The notes: generated by a model not told the origin, from the letters alone. A stretch of 51,953 nucleotides of DNA from Chiloscyllium plagiosum (GCF_004010195.1 NC_057720.1:91585319-91637271); one strand, 5' to 3'. Counted from the first letter of the stretch, positions 25,907 to 38,935 are shown. Translations and numbers: made by a program.

Positions 25907-26235
25907 GCAGTGAGAACTCTCAGCCCAAGCTGAACCTGCTGCCCCCTTCCCTGGAGCAGGTCAATGCCAAGGGCACTGCCACCCTGGTGTGCCTTGCCAA
26001 TCACTTCTATCCCGATGAGCTGGAGGTGCAGTGGAAGAAGGACGATGCAGTCATTTCAGACAGAGTTCAGACCAGCAAATACCTGCGAGCTTCGGACAGC
26101 ACCTACAGTGTCAGCAGCCTGCTGACCCTCTCTGGGTCTGACTGGGAGTCCAACGCTCGCTTCTCCTGTGCCCTCACCCACGTGACCCTCCCCTCTCCCC
26201 TCAGCAAGAGCATCAGGAGATCAGAATGTGTGTAG
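25907..26235 (+). pseudogene. IGKC: Ig kappa-type constant exon 1; ORF intact but splice acceptor mutated (AG>AA)
   Basis: C1-set motifs LLPPS, ATLVCLANHFYP, W, YSVSSLLTL, FSCALTH and C-terminal SECV*. The acceptor reads tttcaa|gc versus tttcag|gc in the paralog. Confidence 0.85.
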
Positions 26236-26835
26236 AGTGTTTGAGACAGTCCCCAGAGGAGACACAATTTTAAATAGAACAGGGCTGAGCTGGCAGGACA
26301 AAGGTCATTGTCAGCACTGAATTTCAACTCTCTTCCTTCCCAGGATTGCTCAGAGAACCTTCTGAGGTTTGGATGTTAAAGCAAGTCATTGGGATAGCGG
26401 CGAGAGAGCTTTACACTCTGTCAAACCTCATACTGTCCTTGTCCTGGGAGTGTTTGATGGGGACAGGATTGCCTTGTGATGTCAGCTGCACAAAACAATG
26501 TGAACCTCAGAATTCTCTGCTTCAGTAAACCAGATCTCCTTCCTGCTCAACTGCTAGTTCCAATTTAAGGTTTTATCACTGACTAAAGGGACAGGATTCT
26601 CGTGTTGTTGAGAAAATCTCTCCAAGTGTTTTCCTCAAGCTCCATTGTGGTTGTGAATTTGAGCAGCTTCCTCTGTCTGGGCTGTTAATTGCAGTTGTGT
26701 TTTTCTGTCAATGTGAATGTGGAAAAGGGAGTAAAGATGAAGATTCAGTCTCTGTCTCTGTGTGCTTTGGAAATAGCTGACTTCAACCCCCCACCCGTCA
26801 GCTGATTGGCTTCATTTCAGCAGGTCATTGTCACA

Positions 26836-26925
26836 TGAAGGGCTTTTGCCCGAAACATCGATTTTGATGCTTCTCGGATGCTGCCTGAACTGCTGTGCTC
26901 TTCCAGCACCATTAATCCAAAAACA
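26836..26925 (+). mobile_element. Short Penelope terminal-repeat fragment with a truncated hammerhead core
   Basis: atgaagggcttttgcccgaaac...gatgctgcctgaactgctgtgctcttccagc, the same family as 38728-38935. Confidence 0.7.
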
Positions 26926-27620
26926 TTGTCACAGTTGGTTGCTTGGCCTGTCAATCAATTTCAGTCAAGAATCATCAATCATTTTCAAATGATCCCTTTG
27001 ATCAGGAATATATGTAGATTCCAAAAAGAACTGAAACTGAAAGCTGTTAGGACTCAATAAGTGCAATCTGATGCATTCCCTCTTCACTCTGTTGGTCCAG
27101 ACCCAGCTGATGGGATCGAACTTTGCTGCATGTTAGTTAGCCCCTGAAACAATCTTCGGCCATTCACAGACATTGTTGGCTGAGTGCCTCTCTGAGTGTG
27201 AGTGTTTAACTTAATACTGCCTGTAGGTGTCTCTCTGAGTGTAGGTGTGTTATTCAGAGAAACACCCACAGACAGCGCTCAGTAACACTCCCACATTCGG
27301 CGAGACACCTGTCTGCAGCATGGCGTGTGAGCATGTTACTCAGTGCTGCCTGTCTCACAGTGTGAGTGTGTTACTTAGTGCAACCTGTAGGTGTCTCTCT
27401 CAAGTGCGAGTGTGTTACTCTGTGCTGCCTGTAGGTGTCTCTGAGCGATGGATTGAGAATGGGCTTTGTGCTGGGGATTGAAGATGAGGCTTTAATCTTC
27501 TCAAATTATGAATGAAAAACAGTTCAGCTGATTCAATCTGAGATGGTAGCTCATTCAGATGGCCAAAGTTAAAAAGCACACAACACTAGGTTATAGTCAG
27601 ACAGGTTTATTTGGAAGTAG

Positions 27621-27649
27621 AAGCTTTCGGAGCGCTGCTCCTTCATCAG
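27621..27649 (-). ncRNA. Minimal hammerhead-ribozyme-like motif in a Penelope terminal fragment (~27565-27690)
   Basis: The - strand reads CTGATGA-A-GGAGC-agc-GCTCC-GAA-AGCT-T. Confidence 0.6.
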
Positions 27650-28483
27650 GTAGCTGGAATGGCAGGATCATTGGACACAGAGTTTATAGTAAATTGAGAT
27701 GGCAGCTGAAAAAGGTGAATACTGAGAGTGTATTCTCGGTAAGTGAGGGATTTCAGAGGCAGTGGGCACTGTGCTCCCGAATGTATTGCTCAATTCTGAG
27801 GGGATTTTCTGAATCCAGGGTCAGAGCAGTCGTGGCTGCCTGCCCAGCCAATGCTGGCTCCCCATAGTCATATTTCAGTGGTTAACTAACCCAAAACTAG
27901 GTGCAGCAATATTACCTTCCAGGGAAGGGAGTTGTCTGAGGGAGGGAGGTTGAACTCTTGCAGCCCCAAGAGAGGTTGCGGTGGATTAATGACAGGTATG
28001 ACCACCATGAGGATGCCACCTTCTCTCCCCCTGCCCCAGCTGTGATGACCCTCAGGTTAAAAGTGTGACTGCTCTGGGATGATGACCATGTTCCTGGTGA
28101 TGGAGGGAAAGCCAACCTCTCCCAAAGGCAGCACAGGCTGGATAGAAGGGGCATCAAAAGTAAGCATGGGGAGATTGAGGGGGACGGAAGGAGGGGGTTG
28201 GTTGGCAGGTTGTTATTCAGAGTCAGGTCCCAGAGCATCAGTCCTTCTGACACTCCCCTTTTTATCTGTCAGCCAGGATTCCCTGACTGGACAAAGTTAA
28301 CTGTCCCTGTCAGGGAACTCATATTTTATCAAAAAGAATAAAGCATTTATTGAACAAGGAGCTCAAATGCTAAACAACACTAGACAAAATGAATGGTTTG
28401 AAAGGTTTCATCATGGACACCGCAAAAAAGATTTGGGGAAGACCGTTTTCACTCAGTGGGTGGTGGGAATCTGGAATGGACAG

Positions 28484-28785
28484 TCATAGAATCCCTACTG
28501 TGAGGAAACAGGTCATTTGGCCCAATAAGTCCACACTGACCCTTGGAAGAGTAACCCATCCAAGACCCAATCCCCTCTCCCATTACTCTACTTTTGCCCT
28601 GACTAATGAACCGAATCTACACATCCCTGATCACTATGGGCAACTTAGCATAGCCAATTCACCTAACCCGCATGACTTTAAATTGTGGAAGGAAACCCAG
28701 AGCACCTAGAGGAAACCTACGCAGACACTTAGAGAATGTGCAAACTCCACACAGACAGTTGCCAGAGGCTGGAATTAAACCTGGG
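28484..28785 (-). mobile_element. HE1-like SINE (shared with arm 2, 44635-44937)
   Basis: Similar to the other SINE copies (gtgcaaactccacacagacagt). Confidence 0.85.
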
Positions 28786-28789
28786 TCAA

Positions 28790-30770
28790 AACACTCGGAC
28801 TGGCCTTGACTTCGTTCCAGCCTCTGCCTCCACTTCTGGCCCCACCCACTCTGCAACCAAGATTCAGACTGCATTTCCCAGAGTCATCCTGAGTCCAACT
28901 GCCTACCTGCAGCCAGCCAACACACTCGCTCTCCCTCTTCACCCATCCATCCCCACAGTGCACCCTATTCCTCCACTTTTCCCTCTTCACCTTGTCCCCA
29001 CCTTCCCACTCCCCCACCTCACTCCACAACCCAGCTCTGTCCCAATCTCCTTTCTCTCCCACACCCATTCCCCCGTGCTACATCACAATCGACCCTCACC
29101 CACCACATGCCAGCACCCTTCCCCTCTCCCCTCCTTCAGCCAACTTGGGTCCCCCGAAAACCTCACCGCTGAGCCTTGCCCCATATTTACTATCCTCCCT
29201 GACCTCGAAGTTTCTGAGGCCAAAAGGAGAGGGCTCACAGTCATTCCCGCCTGACTCCACCTCAACGAAACCCGCACCCACCACGACGCAGAGCTCTTCT
29301 TCCACCGCCTCTACCTCCGTGTCTTCTTCTTTAACAAAAACTCCCAAACTCCCTCTGAGCAACCCTCCTCCCACCTCCAACCTTCCTCCTCCATTTGGTC
29401 ACCCCACCCCCACCCCCCACCACCAGCTGTGTACACACCCGAGACCTCTTCATTGCTGATTGTTGATGTGCCATCAGCCACCTCAATTTCTCCCCTCATA
29501 CTCTCCAACCACACCCCCTCCGATCAAGCACTCCACTCTCTCTGCGCCAACCCCTGGTTCACCATCAAACCCGCTGACAAAGGTGGGGTGCTATTAGTCT
29601 GGAGAACAGACCTAAATGTCACAGAGGCTGAACCCCAACCACTTTCTACTCCCCCTTGCTCATAACCCCGCCGTGACCCATCAGGCCAAAATCACTCGCA
29701 CTGTCAGTGCCCCCATTGCCTTTAGTGATCTCCCCTCCACTGTCTTCAATCTCATAGTCCCCTAGCCCTGCATTGCCCAGTTCTACCTGCTCCCCAAGAT
29801 CGACAAGCCCAACTATCCGGCTGACCCATCGTCTCAGCATGCCCCTGCCCCACCGAACTCATCTCGGCCTACCTCAACTCTCCTCCTTGGTTCAGGCACT
29901 GCCCACCTACATCCACTACACCAACCATGCCCTCATCTCTTCAGAAACCTCCAGTTCCCCAGCCCTAAGTGCTTTATCTCCACTATGGATGTGCAGTCCT
30001 TATATATGTCCATACCCCACAAGGATGGCCTCCATGCCCGACACCTTTTCCTCTGCAACAGACCCATCCAGTCCCCCTCCACCAATACGTTCCTCCGGCT
30101 TGCCAAACTGGTCCAGGGGGTGGCCATGGGCACTCGGTTGAGCTATGTCGAACAGTCCCTCTTCAGTGACTATACACGCACTGTGCCCCAACTCTTCTGC
30201 CATTCCAACCTAGTTCACTGGATCAGGTGCCTACGATGTGGTCTTCTCTACATTGGGAAGACCAAACATAAACTTGGGGAACGTTTCACCGAGCATCTCA
30301 GCCAGGCCTGCAGGGGCCAACCAGACCTCTCAGTCACCGCCCATTTCAATTCCCCTTCCCGACATGACCATCATCAGACTTCTCCATTACCACAATGAAT
30401 CAAACCACAAATTGGAGGAACAATACCACATCTTCCGTCTGGGCAGCCTACAGCTCAGATGACTCAACATTAAGTTCTCCAATTTCAAATAACCACTCTT
30501 CCCTTCCCCCAACTCCCTTCCCAGCCCTATCCCTCCCTTCCACTCCTCCCTGCCACCTACCAGATACATTCTTCCCATTGACCAACGAAGTTGTACCATC
30601 TACCTGTCATCACCAATCCCCACTTCATCATCCTGTCCTCACTACCCCCTTTATCTGCAGCTTCCTCTACATCCCACCCCATTCCTGAAGAAGGGCTACA
30701 CCTGAAACATCTCCACCACCTGATGCTGCCTGGCTTGCTGTGTTCTTCCAACTCCTGCCTGTCATTGAAT
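28790..30770 (+). mobile_element. Degenerate Penelope-like element (RT plus GIY-YIG)
   Basis: Motifs IKPADKGG, KIDKP, MDVQSLY, GVAMG and NLVHWIRCLRCGLLYIGKT, with a hammerhead-like core at 30685-30711. Confidence 0.88.
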
Positions 30771-31683
30771 GGAACCAGCAGGAAAGGGTTAGATCATCAA
30801 GTGTCAGGGCCATCAACAAATGGGAATGGGGCATGCTACAGATAGATGCATTGAGATGGTCAATCACAAAGATAAGACCAAACTGGAAATGCAACACTAA
30901 TACACAGTGGATGGAATTTAATGTCAGAAAGTGTGAGATTTTGCACTTGGGTCAGAATAATCTAAAGGCCGACTATTATTTAAATTGTCAGAGAGTCCAA
31001 TAAAGTGCAGTACAGAGTGATCTGGGTAGTATTGTGCATGAAACACAGAAAGTTAGTGCAGGTACAGCAAGTAATTGAGAAGACGAAAGGAATTTTCACC
31101 TTTATTGCTGGGGGTTGGAATTTAAAAATAGAGAAATCCTATTAAAAAGATAGAGGGTGTTAGTGAGTCTGCATTTGAAGTATTGTGTGCAATTTTGGTC
31201 CTTGTATTTAAGAAAGGATGGACAGCTATTGGAGTCCTCCTTCTGTTCCTATTTCCCATGTCCTTGTGTGCTCCAGTGTCCTTCCCTCACAGCAGAGCTC
31301 GTTTGGAGCCTGCCTGCAGTAGCAGCCTCCAGTCTCTGGGTGGTGCTGCCAAAAGATCTGCCTTGCCCAGGCTGTCACAGTTCCCACATGACAATAATGT
31401 CTGGACTTTGGAAGTATTCCATTGGCTGTAAAACAGTTCCAAACATCCTAAGTTCAAGGAACGTATAACACATATATAATTCTCTCTCCTTTTATATTTT
31501 ATCTCCATGTCTTCCCAGCAGTCACCTGACAACATCACACACTTGTGTAAAATCTAGAATGAATTATGAATCTCTAGGAGAACTTAATCTATGACAATAC
31601 TGAGACTATTGACCACCTCCCCAGTGGGCTTTGAGGGTGAAGGTCAACAGCAGTCTCACTGGGACTTGATCTGGGTTATCTTG

Positions 31684-32250
31684 CTCATCATCGCATTGTT
31701 TGTCTGTTAGGCTTCTGTGGATGAAATTGTGGAAATATCCATTCTTGGCAAAGTCTTTGTAGACGTGTTCTTCTCTTTGCAGGTCGGGAGTGCTGCAGTG
31801 TGTTGTCGCCCTTAGGAACAGAGGCCTAATGCAGCTTCTCCTGTGTGTGTTTGGGATCTGGTTTTTTGTCCACTTTTGTTGTGCATTCACCATTCTGTGC
31901 TCTTTCTACCATCACTTCCAAAAGTGGGATTTGGTTGTTAATTTCTTCCTCTTTCCTAAATTTGATCCCTGAGAACATGGTGTTGCTAATCCAGTGTGTG
32001 TTCTCGATCTCTGTACTCTATTATCATAAAAGTGTCGTCCAAAAATCTCATCCAGAATTTGGGTTGGATTTGTGGGATGGCTGTTTGTTCTAGTCTTTGC
32101 AACAGCGCTTCCTAGGAGGCTCCAAAGCCCTGAAGGTATCACCTAAACAGGGGATGAAACGTCTGCAAATCAACTTCCCAGCTCGGCCGAACACACCCAC
32201 AACCATGGCAAGCAGCACCCGAGCTACAAATCTGTGCACAAACCTTGAAC
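31684..32250. mobile_element. Second-family Penelope remnant at the inner boundary of arm 1
   Basis: - strand ORF HRRSCIRPLFLRATTHCST...FAKNGY, plus a + strand terminal piece with a degenerate hammerhead core at 32130-32163. Confidence 0.75.
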
Positions 32251-32650
32251 CCCTCTCTCTTCTCTACTTCAGTGAGGATAAGGCCAGCCTTTCCAATCTT
32301 TCCTCATCACACAGTCCACTCATTCCAGGGATCAATCAGGTAAAACTCCTCTGAAGCACCTGCAATGCATTTATATTCTCCTTTCAAGAAGGAGACCATA
32401 ACTGTGTACAGTGTTTGAGATTTGTTCTCACCAAGGTCCAGTAATTACTCATACATCACTATGTGTGTAACTCCTCAGTCATTCTCCACTGCAATAATAC
32501 ACAACATTTTGATTCTTCCTGTCAAAGTGAACAACTTCACATTTTCCCAAATTATACACCATCAGCTTGATTTCTGTCTCCCCAGTGAACCGAGCTCTAT
32601 CGGTCTGTCTCCTGTCATGTCATCTTCACAACATGCTTTCCTCCTTTTCT

Positions 32651-32943
32651 TTGAACCCTCTGAAAGTATTGCCCCCATGCCATTTATTCCCTCACTGAAG
32701 CCAGTGAGAGAAATTGACAGCTGTGGGCCCAGTATTGAGCGCTACGGGATACACTAAGCACATGCAGGCAACCTGAAAGGGCTTCTCTCAGGATACTTGA
32801 ACCCTCTGAAAGTATTGCCCCCATGCCATTTATTCCCTCACTGAAGCCAGTGAGAGAAATTGACAGCTGTGGGCCCAGTATTGAGCGCTACGGGATACAC
32901 TAAGCACATGCAGGCAACCTGAAAAGGCTTCTCTCAGGATACT
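32651..32943. repeat. 146-bp near-perfect tandem duplication (2 copies)
   Basis: ttgaaccctctgaaagt...caggatac repeated at 32651 and 32797, with one mismatch seen. Confidence 0.92.
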
Positions 32944-33067
32944 GTTTCCTGCTGGGCTGACAGTCTTTCTAAAGGATATTTCCTTCAGAGAGCACTGTTT
33001 CAAAAGTTCAACAATTTGAATATTTTAAAAGTGGAGGTAGCACACTTTTATTGCACAAAATTTCAAG

Positions 33068-34840
33068 AGTTAAAGATCAGCAAGGTGGCCTTTGTGTGGA
33101 GCCACAGAAAATGCAGGAGATACTAAAGGAATATTTTGCATCAGTATTTACTGTGGAAAAGGATATGGAAGATATAGACTATAAGGAAATAGATGGTGAC
33201 ATCTTGAAAAATGTCCAGATTACAGAGGAGGAAGTGCTGGATGTCTTGAAACAGTTAAAGGTGGATAAATCCCCAGGATCTGATCAGGTATACCCGAAAA
33301 CTCTGCGGCAAGCTAGAGAAGTGTTTGCTGGGTCTCTTGCTGAGATATTTGTATCATCGATAGTCACAGGTGAGGTGCCAGAAGACTGGAGGTTGGCCAA
33401 CGTGGTGCCACTGTTTAAGAAGGGCCATAAAGACAAGCCAGGGAACTATAGACTGGTGAGCCTGATCTCAGTGGTGGGCAAGTTGTTGGAGGGAATCCTG
33501 AGGGACAGGATGTACATGTATTTGGAAAGTCAAGGACTGACTAGGGATAGTCAACATGGCTTTGTACATGGGAAATCATGTCTCACAAACTTGATTGAGT
33601 TTTTTGAAGAAGTAATAAAGAAGATTGATGAGGGCAGAGCAATAGATGTGATCTATATGGACTTCAGCAATACGTTCGACAAGGTTCCCCATGGGAGACT
33701 GGTGAGCAAGATTAGATCTCATGGAATAAAGGGAGAACTAGCCATTTGGATTCAGAACTGGCTCAAAGACCCGGAAGACTGAGAGTAGTGGTGGAGGGTT
33801 GTTTTTTAGACTGGATGCCTGTGCCCAATAGAGTGCCACAAGGATCGGTGCTGGGTCCTCTCCTTTTTGTCATTTACATAAATGATTTGGATGCGAGCAT
33901 AAGAGGTACAGTTAGTAAGTTTGCAGTTGACACCAAAATTGGAGGTGTAGTGGACAATGAAGAGGGTTACCTCAGATTACAACAGAATCTGGACCAGATG
34001 GGCCAATGGGCTGAGAAGTGGCACATGGAGTTTAATTCAGATAAAAGCTGCATTTTGGGAAATCAAATCTTAGTAGGACTTATACACTTAATGGTAAGGT
34101 CCTAGGGAGTGTTGCTGAACAAAGAGACGTTGGGGTGCAGGTTCATATCTCCTTGAACGTGGAGTCGCAGGTAGATAAGATAGTGAAGAAGGCATTTGGG
34201 ATGCTTTTCTTTATTGGAAAGAGTATTGAGTACAGGAGTTGGGAGGTCATGTTGCGGCTGTACAGGACATTGGTTAGACCACTGTTGGAATATTGCATGC
34301 AATTTTGGTCTCCTTCCTATCAGAAAGATGCTGTAAAACTTGAAAGGGTTCAGAAAAAATTTACAAGGATGTTGCCAGGGTTGGAGGATTTGAGCTATAG
34401 GGAGAGGCTGAGCAGGCTGGGGCTGTTTTTCCTGGAGTGTCAGAGGCTGACGGGTGACCTTATAGAGGTTTACAAAATTATGAGGGGCATGGATAGGATA
34501 AATAGACAAAGTGTTTTCCTTGGGGTCAGGGAGTCCAGACTGGAGGGCATAGGTTTAGGGTGAGATGGTAAAGATATAAAAGAGACCTAAGGGGCAACTT
34601 TTTCATGCAAAGAGTGGTACGTGTATGGAATGAGCTGCCAGAGGAAGTGGTGGAGGCTGGTACAATTACAATGCTTAGGAGGCATTTGGATGGGTATATG
34701 AATAGGAAGGGTTTGGAGGGATATGGGCCGGTTGCTGGCAGGTGGGAGTAGATTGGGTTGGGATATCTGCTCAACATGGGCAGGTTGGACCGAAGGGTCT
34801 GTTTCCGTCCTGTACATCTCTATGACTCTATGACTCTATG
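33068..34840 (+). mobile_element. Relatively young 5'-truncated CR1 LINE (RT to 3' UTR)
   Basis: Long ORFs 33051-33782, 33746-34105 and 34135-34563 with PQGSVLGP and YINDLD, ending in a (tatgactc)n tail. Confidence 0.93.
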
Positions 34841-36114
34841 GATGGGAATGTGGAATTGGAGAAACAAACACATCAGCCTTGGTCCTACTGAAAGTTAGAG
34901 AAGTCTTGAATGATGGAATCGCCTAATTCAGTCTCTAATTTGTAAGTTCAAACCAATTGAATGCTCTTTCCTCTGTACCCACTCATGCACACTGTCTGTG
35001 AGAAAAAAAATCTTCAACTCTCCACCCTTCCTCCTTCATGTCTTAACCCTGAGCTCTCAATGTTGCTGGGAAGTTTGAGAAGTAGGTTTATTCACTTGCT
35101 CATTCATTTCCTTCTCAGTCTCTCTTTATCTCCTGAAACTCCATTCAACACCAATCTGCTGGGTAAGGAGCAAGGCTCTCAGCTCAAAGGATAAGGGAAC
35201 CTTTTTCAGCACCAAGCTGGTGAGGGTCAGCTGGAGAACAATGTTCCATTGCACATGCCTTCTTCAAAAACCAAGATCTCCAGCCATTCTGTACATCCAC
35301 GTTCACTCCTGAAGGGACCAGACAGAGAGGAAGAGTCAGTGCAGCCATTGTGCAGCATCCAGTGTTGAGTTGCCCCATTTCTAATCCCACTGCAATGTCA
35401 TTGTCTGCCCCCAACACCAAGCAGATGCTCCCATCACAAGAGGCTCCATGGCCCTGAGGACTGTGAGAGTGAGCCCTGTCCATTCAGCTCGATCATCAAG
35501 CTCCAGCCTTCCTAATGTGGTGGCAGCCAGGAGAACCCTGCCCATGGGAGATTCCCCATACACTCCCTTCCTCCCTGCAGGGAAAGATGATTCCTTGTCC
35601 CTGCTTTCTCTCCAAACTGATCCGAATTTGAGTGTTGCTGAAAAAAAGAACATTGTGTCAAAAACTCTGTCTTGCACACATCAGGACAATCTGCAAGAAA
35701 TAGCACAGCAAAGGCAAATACCATGTAGACTGAGATCCCAGCGGGTCAGGCAGCACCCATGGAGAGAAAGCAAGGCAAAATGAACGTTTTCACAAGAAGG
35801 GTTTTGTCTCACTCAAATTCTGTCTTCTGAACTGACTATTTGATCCTGATTTGCTCTTTTGCTTCAGACCTGTTGAAATTCTAAAAAGTAATTCTGTACT
35901 TTTTTGAACAGAGCACTCAGTCTATAATCATTAAATTCCAATAACTGCATCAAAATATTTCTGTACCTGGTATATGACTGGAAAATGTGTCATTTTGCTT
36001 TTCAGTTTGTCAGCGTTGCTGGTAAATCTACATTTTCTGTGTTTCTTTGTTTAGGAATTTTTGAACATCAGAATTCCCTCCCTCCACTGTCGAGATCCTG
36101 TTCTGGCCTTCATA

Positions 36115-36312
36115 CAATCATAGAATCGAGGAATTTCCTCAGTGTGCAAGGAGGCCATTCAGCAAATCTAGTCCACATCGACACTTTGAAGACCATTCCA
36201 CCCAGACCCACACCTCCCCTACCCTATCCCTGTATTCCATTTGCTAGCTTGCACATCCCATGGACATAATGAGTAATTTAGCACAGCCAACCACCTAACC
36301 TGCACATCTTTC
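36115..36312 (-). mobile_element. Degenerate SINE fragment
   Basis: gtgcaaggaggccattcagc...cacctaacctgcacatcttt. Confidence 0.7.
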
Positions 36313-38727
36313 AGTTTTGCAAATGAAACATCAAGGTTGATGTTTATGCTTTGAGCGAGATTTAATACAGTTGGAAACATGACTCCAGGCACATTTAATC
36401 AATCAAGTAGCCCATTTCAATATCCCCAATGCAGCTAAGATTTCTCCCAATGAATATCAGGACAGAAGTAGTGAACTGGAATTCCCAGCCACCATCAGAT
36501 GATATCAACTAGACTGAGGAGCCAATTGACCCCTAAATTCCTGAATCTATCCTGATTTAATGGCAGCTCAGCGATTAAATCTGCTTGGCTTTCCCACAAT
36601 GTTTTCAATCAAGGGACCTAGCTTCAAATGATGTCCTCATGTTAAACTGCCACCTCTCCCATGACCCACACCTGCCTTTAGTTGCATTTAGTCTGGGGTT
36701 CCATAATAAGTCAAGGTCTCCAGTGAGAGCCCTGCCTCCAACAAGCATTGCTCTGCTCACCTCCAACTGGGGACCTCCCCAGGAACCAAAAGGAGCTCCC
36801 CAGCAGTTCTGTCACTGATGGGTGAGATTGTTGTTGACCCAACTCAGAGTGGACTGAACCCAAACCTTTCTGACTCCATGGAAGGAGTTCTACCAACTTA
36901 GCCAAGGCAGAAACTTTTTAAAAAGTCGTAAAATCTGCCAATAATTAGCAATGTCTTTGTTTAAGGTCAGAGCTTTGAGGTTTAAACGTGTTCTTTTGGA
37001 ATGCAATGAAGCGTTACCATGGAGAATGTTGCTGCTGGACAAGAACAGCCAACTCTGCCCAAAAGGTCACCACAATAATTAATCCATCAACATCCAGGCA
37101 AATGCTTTCTAGCATTACTTTCCCTTTATTATTCCTGTTTTTCAGGTTATTAAACCCCTTTTAAAATAACACACATGGGAACACTTCCACCTGCAAGATT
37201 TTCCCCAAAACCATTCATCATCCTGACTTAATAAATCCCTGTTCCTTCACTGTCACTGAGTTAAAATCAGGGGATTCTCTCCCTCAGGGCATTCTGGATC
37301 TACCTACAGCACATGGCTGCAGCGGGTTCAGGAAGGCAGCAATTCACCGCGCTGCAATGTTGTTTATCATATAAACGGCCCTTCAAGCTTTATCGTTCTC
37401 AGAGGTGTTACAACCGAGAAAACCCCTTCCATCTCTCAGCAGAGATTTCAATTATTCACGTTTCCCTGCTCTATCCCAATAGCTTCTTTTAATGTGTGAC
37501 TGTGTTTCTGGTGTATTCAACAATATCTGATACTTGCCTGCCTAATGCTCTTACACCCATTGATGCCTGTTGAGTTCCCCTGGATAAATTACTGTTCTCT
37601 GCAGTTTGATAGCCGTTTGTTCGGAGTGTAATTCATTTTATGCCTGGTCCCAGTGACAATCCGAAGGACACTCCACCTTTCAGTCTGACAAACCAGGTTC
37701 ACCCATGTCATGGCTCTACTTCTAGCTGAGGTTCCAGTCTTTCAAAGAGATGAATTCAAGCCTCTCCCGTTTGATCATTTGAAGTGTATCTCAATTATTT
37801 TGATTTCTCCTGGGATGGATGGTAAAAGTGGCTGCTATTTGTTGCACTTCCCTAATTGTCCTGGAGAGGGCGGTGGTGAGCCATGTAATATCTGGGAAGG
37901 AAGGAGCTGGGATCTGAACAAAAAAACCCATGAAACTCAATGTCATGCTCATGAATGTAGTTTGGACAAGGGAACCCAGTCTGTGACTCCAGTCCCACAG
38001 TGACATGATACATTCTTCACGGCCCCATGATCTGGCTCACAACTCAGTCCGAGCAACTAGAGATAGGCAATATGTTTTAGGCTTGACTTAAAATAGTTTA
38101 TAAAATTATTTATTTTTAAAAAATATTTAAAATAGTTAAATATATGTTAACCTGAGTGCACAAGGCATAATTTCAAAATTTGCTGATGGTATGAAACTTG
38201 GATGTATTCCGGCTGATGAAGAAGATAGTGTCGAACTTCAAAAAGCATGTGGGTAAGTTAATGGAATGAGCAGATGTTTGCAGATACAATTTAATGGAAA
38301 GAGATGTCACTGATTCATTTTCGAAGGAAAACGTGGAGAGACAAACAAACTAAAGGGCACAAGTATGGGTGGGTGTAGGGGCAGTAGGACCTGGATGCAA
38401 TTGTGCATCAGTCACTGAAGGTGGCAGGATAGGCAGCTGTTCTCATGACAGAGCAGCTGATTAAAGCAGATGCCATATCAACATAAACGTAGAATATAAC
38501 GTGGATGTGAAAAGAATGCTTCCTTTTCAGGGAGAATATAAACTAAAATAAGTTCCCTCATTTAAGACCGAGAAAAGCAGGGTTTTTTTACTTCTTGCAT
38601 AAGGTCATAGGTCTTTGGAACTCTTCGTCAAACATAGAAATTAAACCTCTGAATGCTTGTAGTGAAGAAGTAAATAGCCATTGCTTATCAAAAATCTATC
38701 AGAGTGAGGCAAGTATGTGGGATAATC

Positions 38728-38935
38728 AGTTGAAACTTTATTGCTGGAACAGCACAGCAGGTCAGGCAGCATCCAGGGAACAGGAGATTCGACGTTTCGG
38801 GCACAGGCCCTTCTTCAGATCCTGTGCCCGAAACGTCGAATCTCCTGTTCCCTGGATGCTGCCTGACCTGCTGTGCTGTTCCAGCAATAAAGTTTCAACT
38901 TTGATCTCCAGCATCTGCAGACTCACTTTCTCCTC
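38728..38935. mobile_element. Young Penelope terminal-repeat insertion with a perfect 80-bp inverted repeat and a 13-bp target-site duplication
   Basis: Arms 38728-38807 and 38821-38900 are exact reverse complements. GTGGGATAATCAG occurs at 38717-38729 and 38936-38948. Confidence 0.9.
38791..38818 (-). ncRNA. Minimal type I hammerhead ribozyme core
   Basis: The - strand reads CTGAAGA-A-GGGC-ctgt-GCCC-GAA-ACGT-C. Confidence 0.7.

Larger units (their letters stand above)
21181..31683 (+). repeat. Arm 1 of a large inverted segmental duplication
   Basis: Colinear reverse-complement similarity to 41457-51953 (51953 pairs with 21181; C exon, SINE and Penelope in mirrored order). Confidence 0.95.

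Noticed and set aside
26730-26735. AGTAAA as the poly(A) signal for C exon 1
   Set aside because: Non-canonical, and the paralogous region falls in an N gap, so it cannot be verified
28736-29514. Pro/Ser-rich and Gly/Glu-rich ORFs
   Set aside because: By-products of the C-rich Penelope 5' region and the adjacent SINE
35184-35783. ORFs of ~100 aa in the spacer
   Set aside because: No recognisable domain or convincing splice structure
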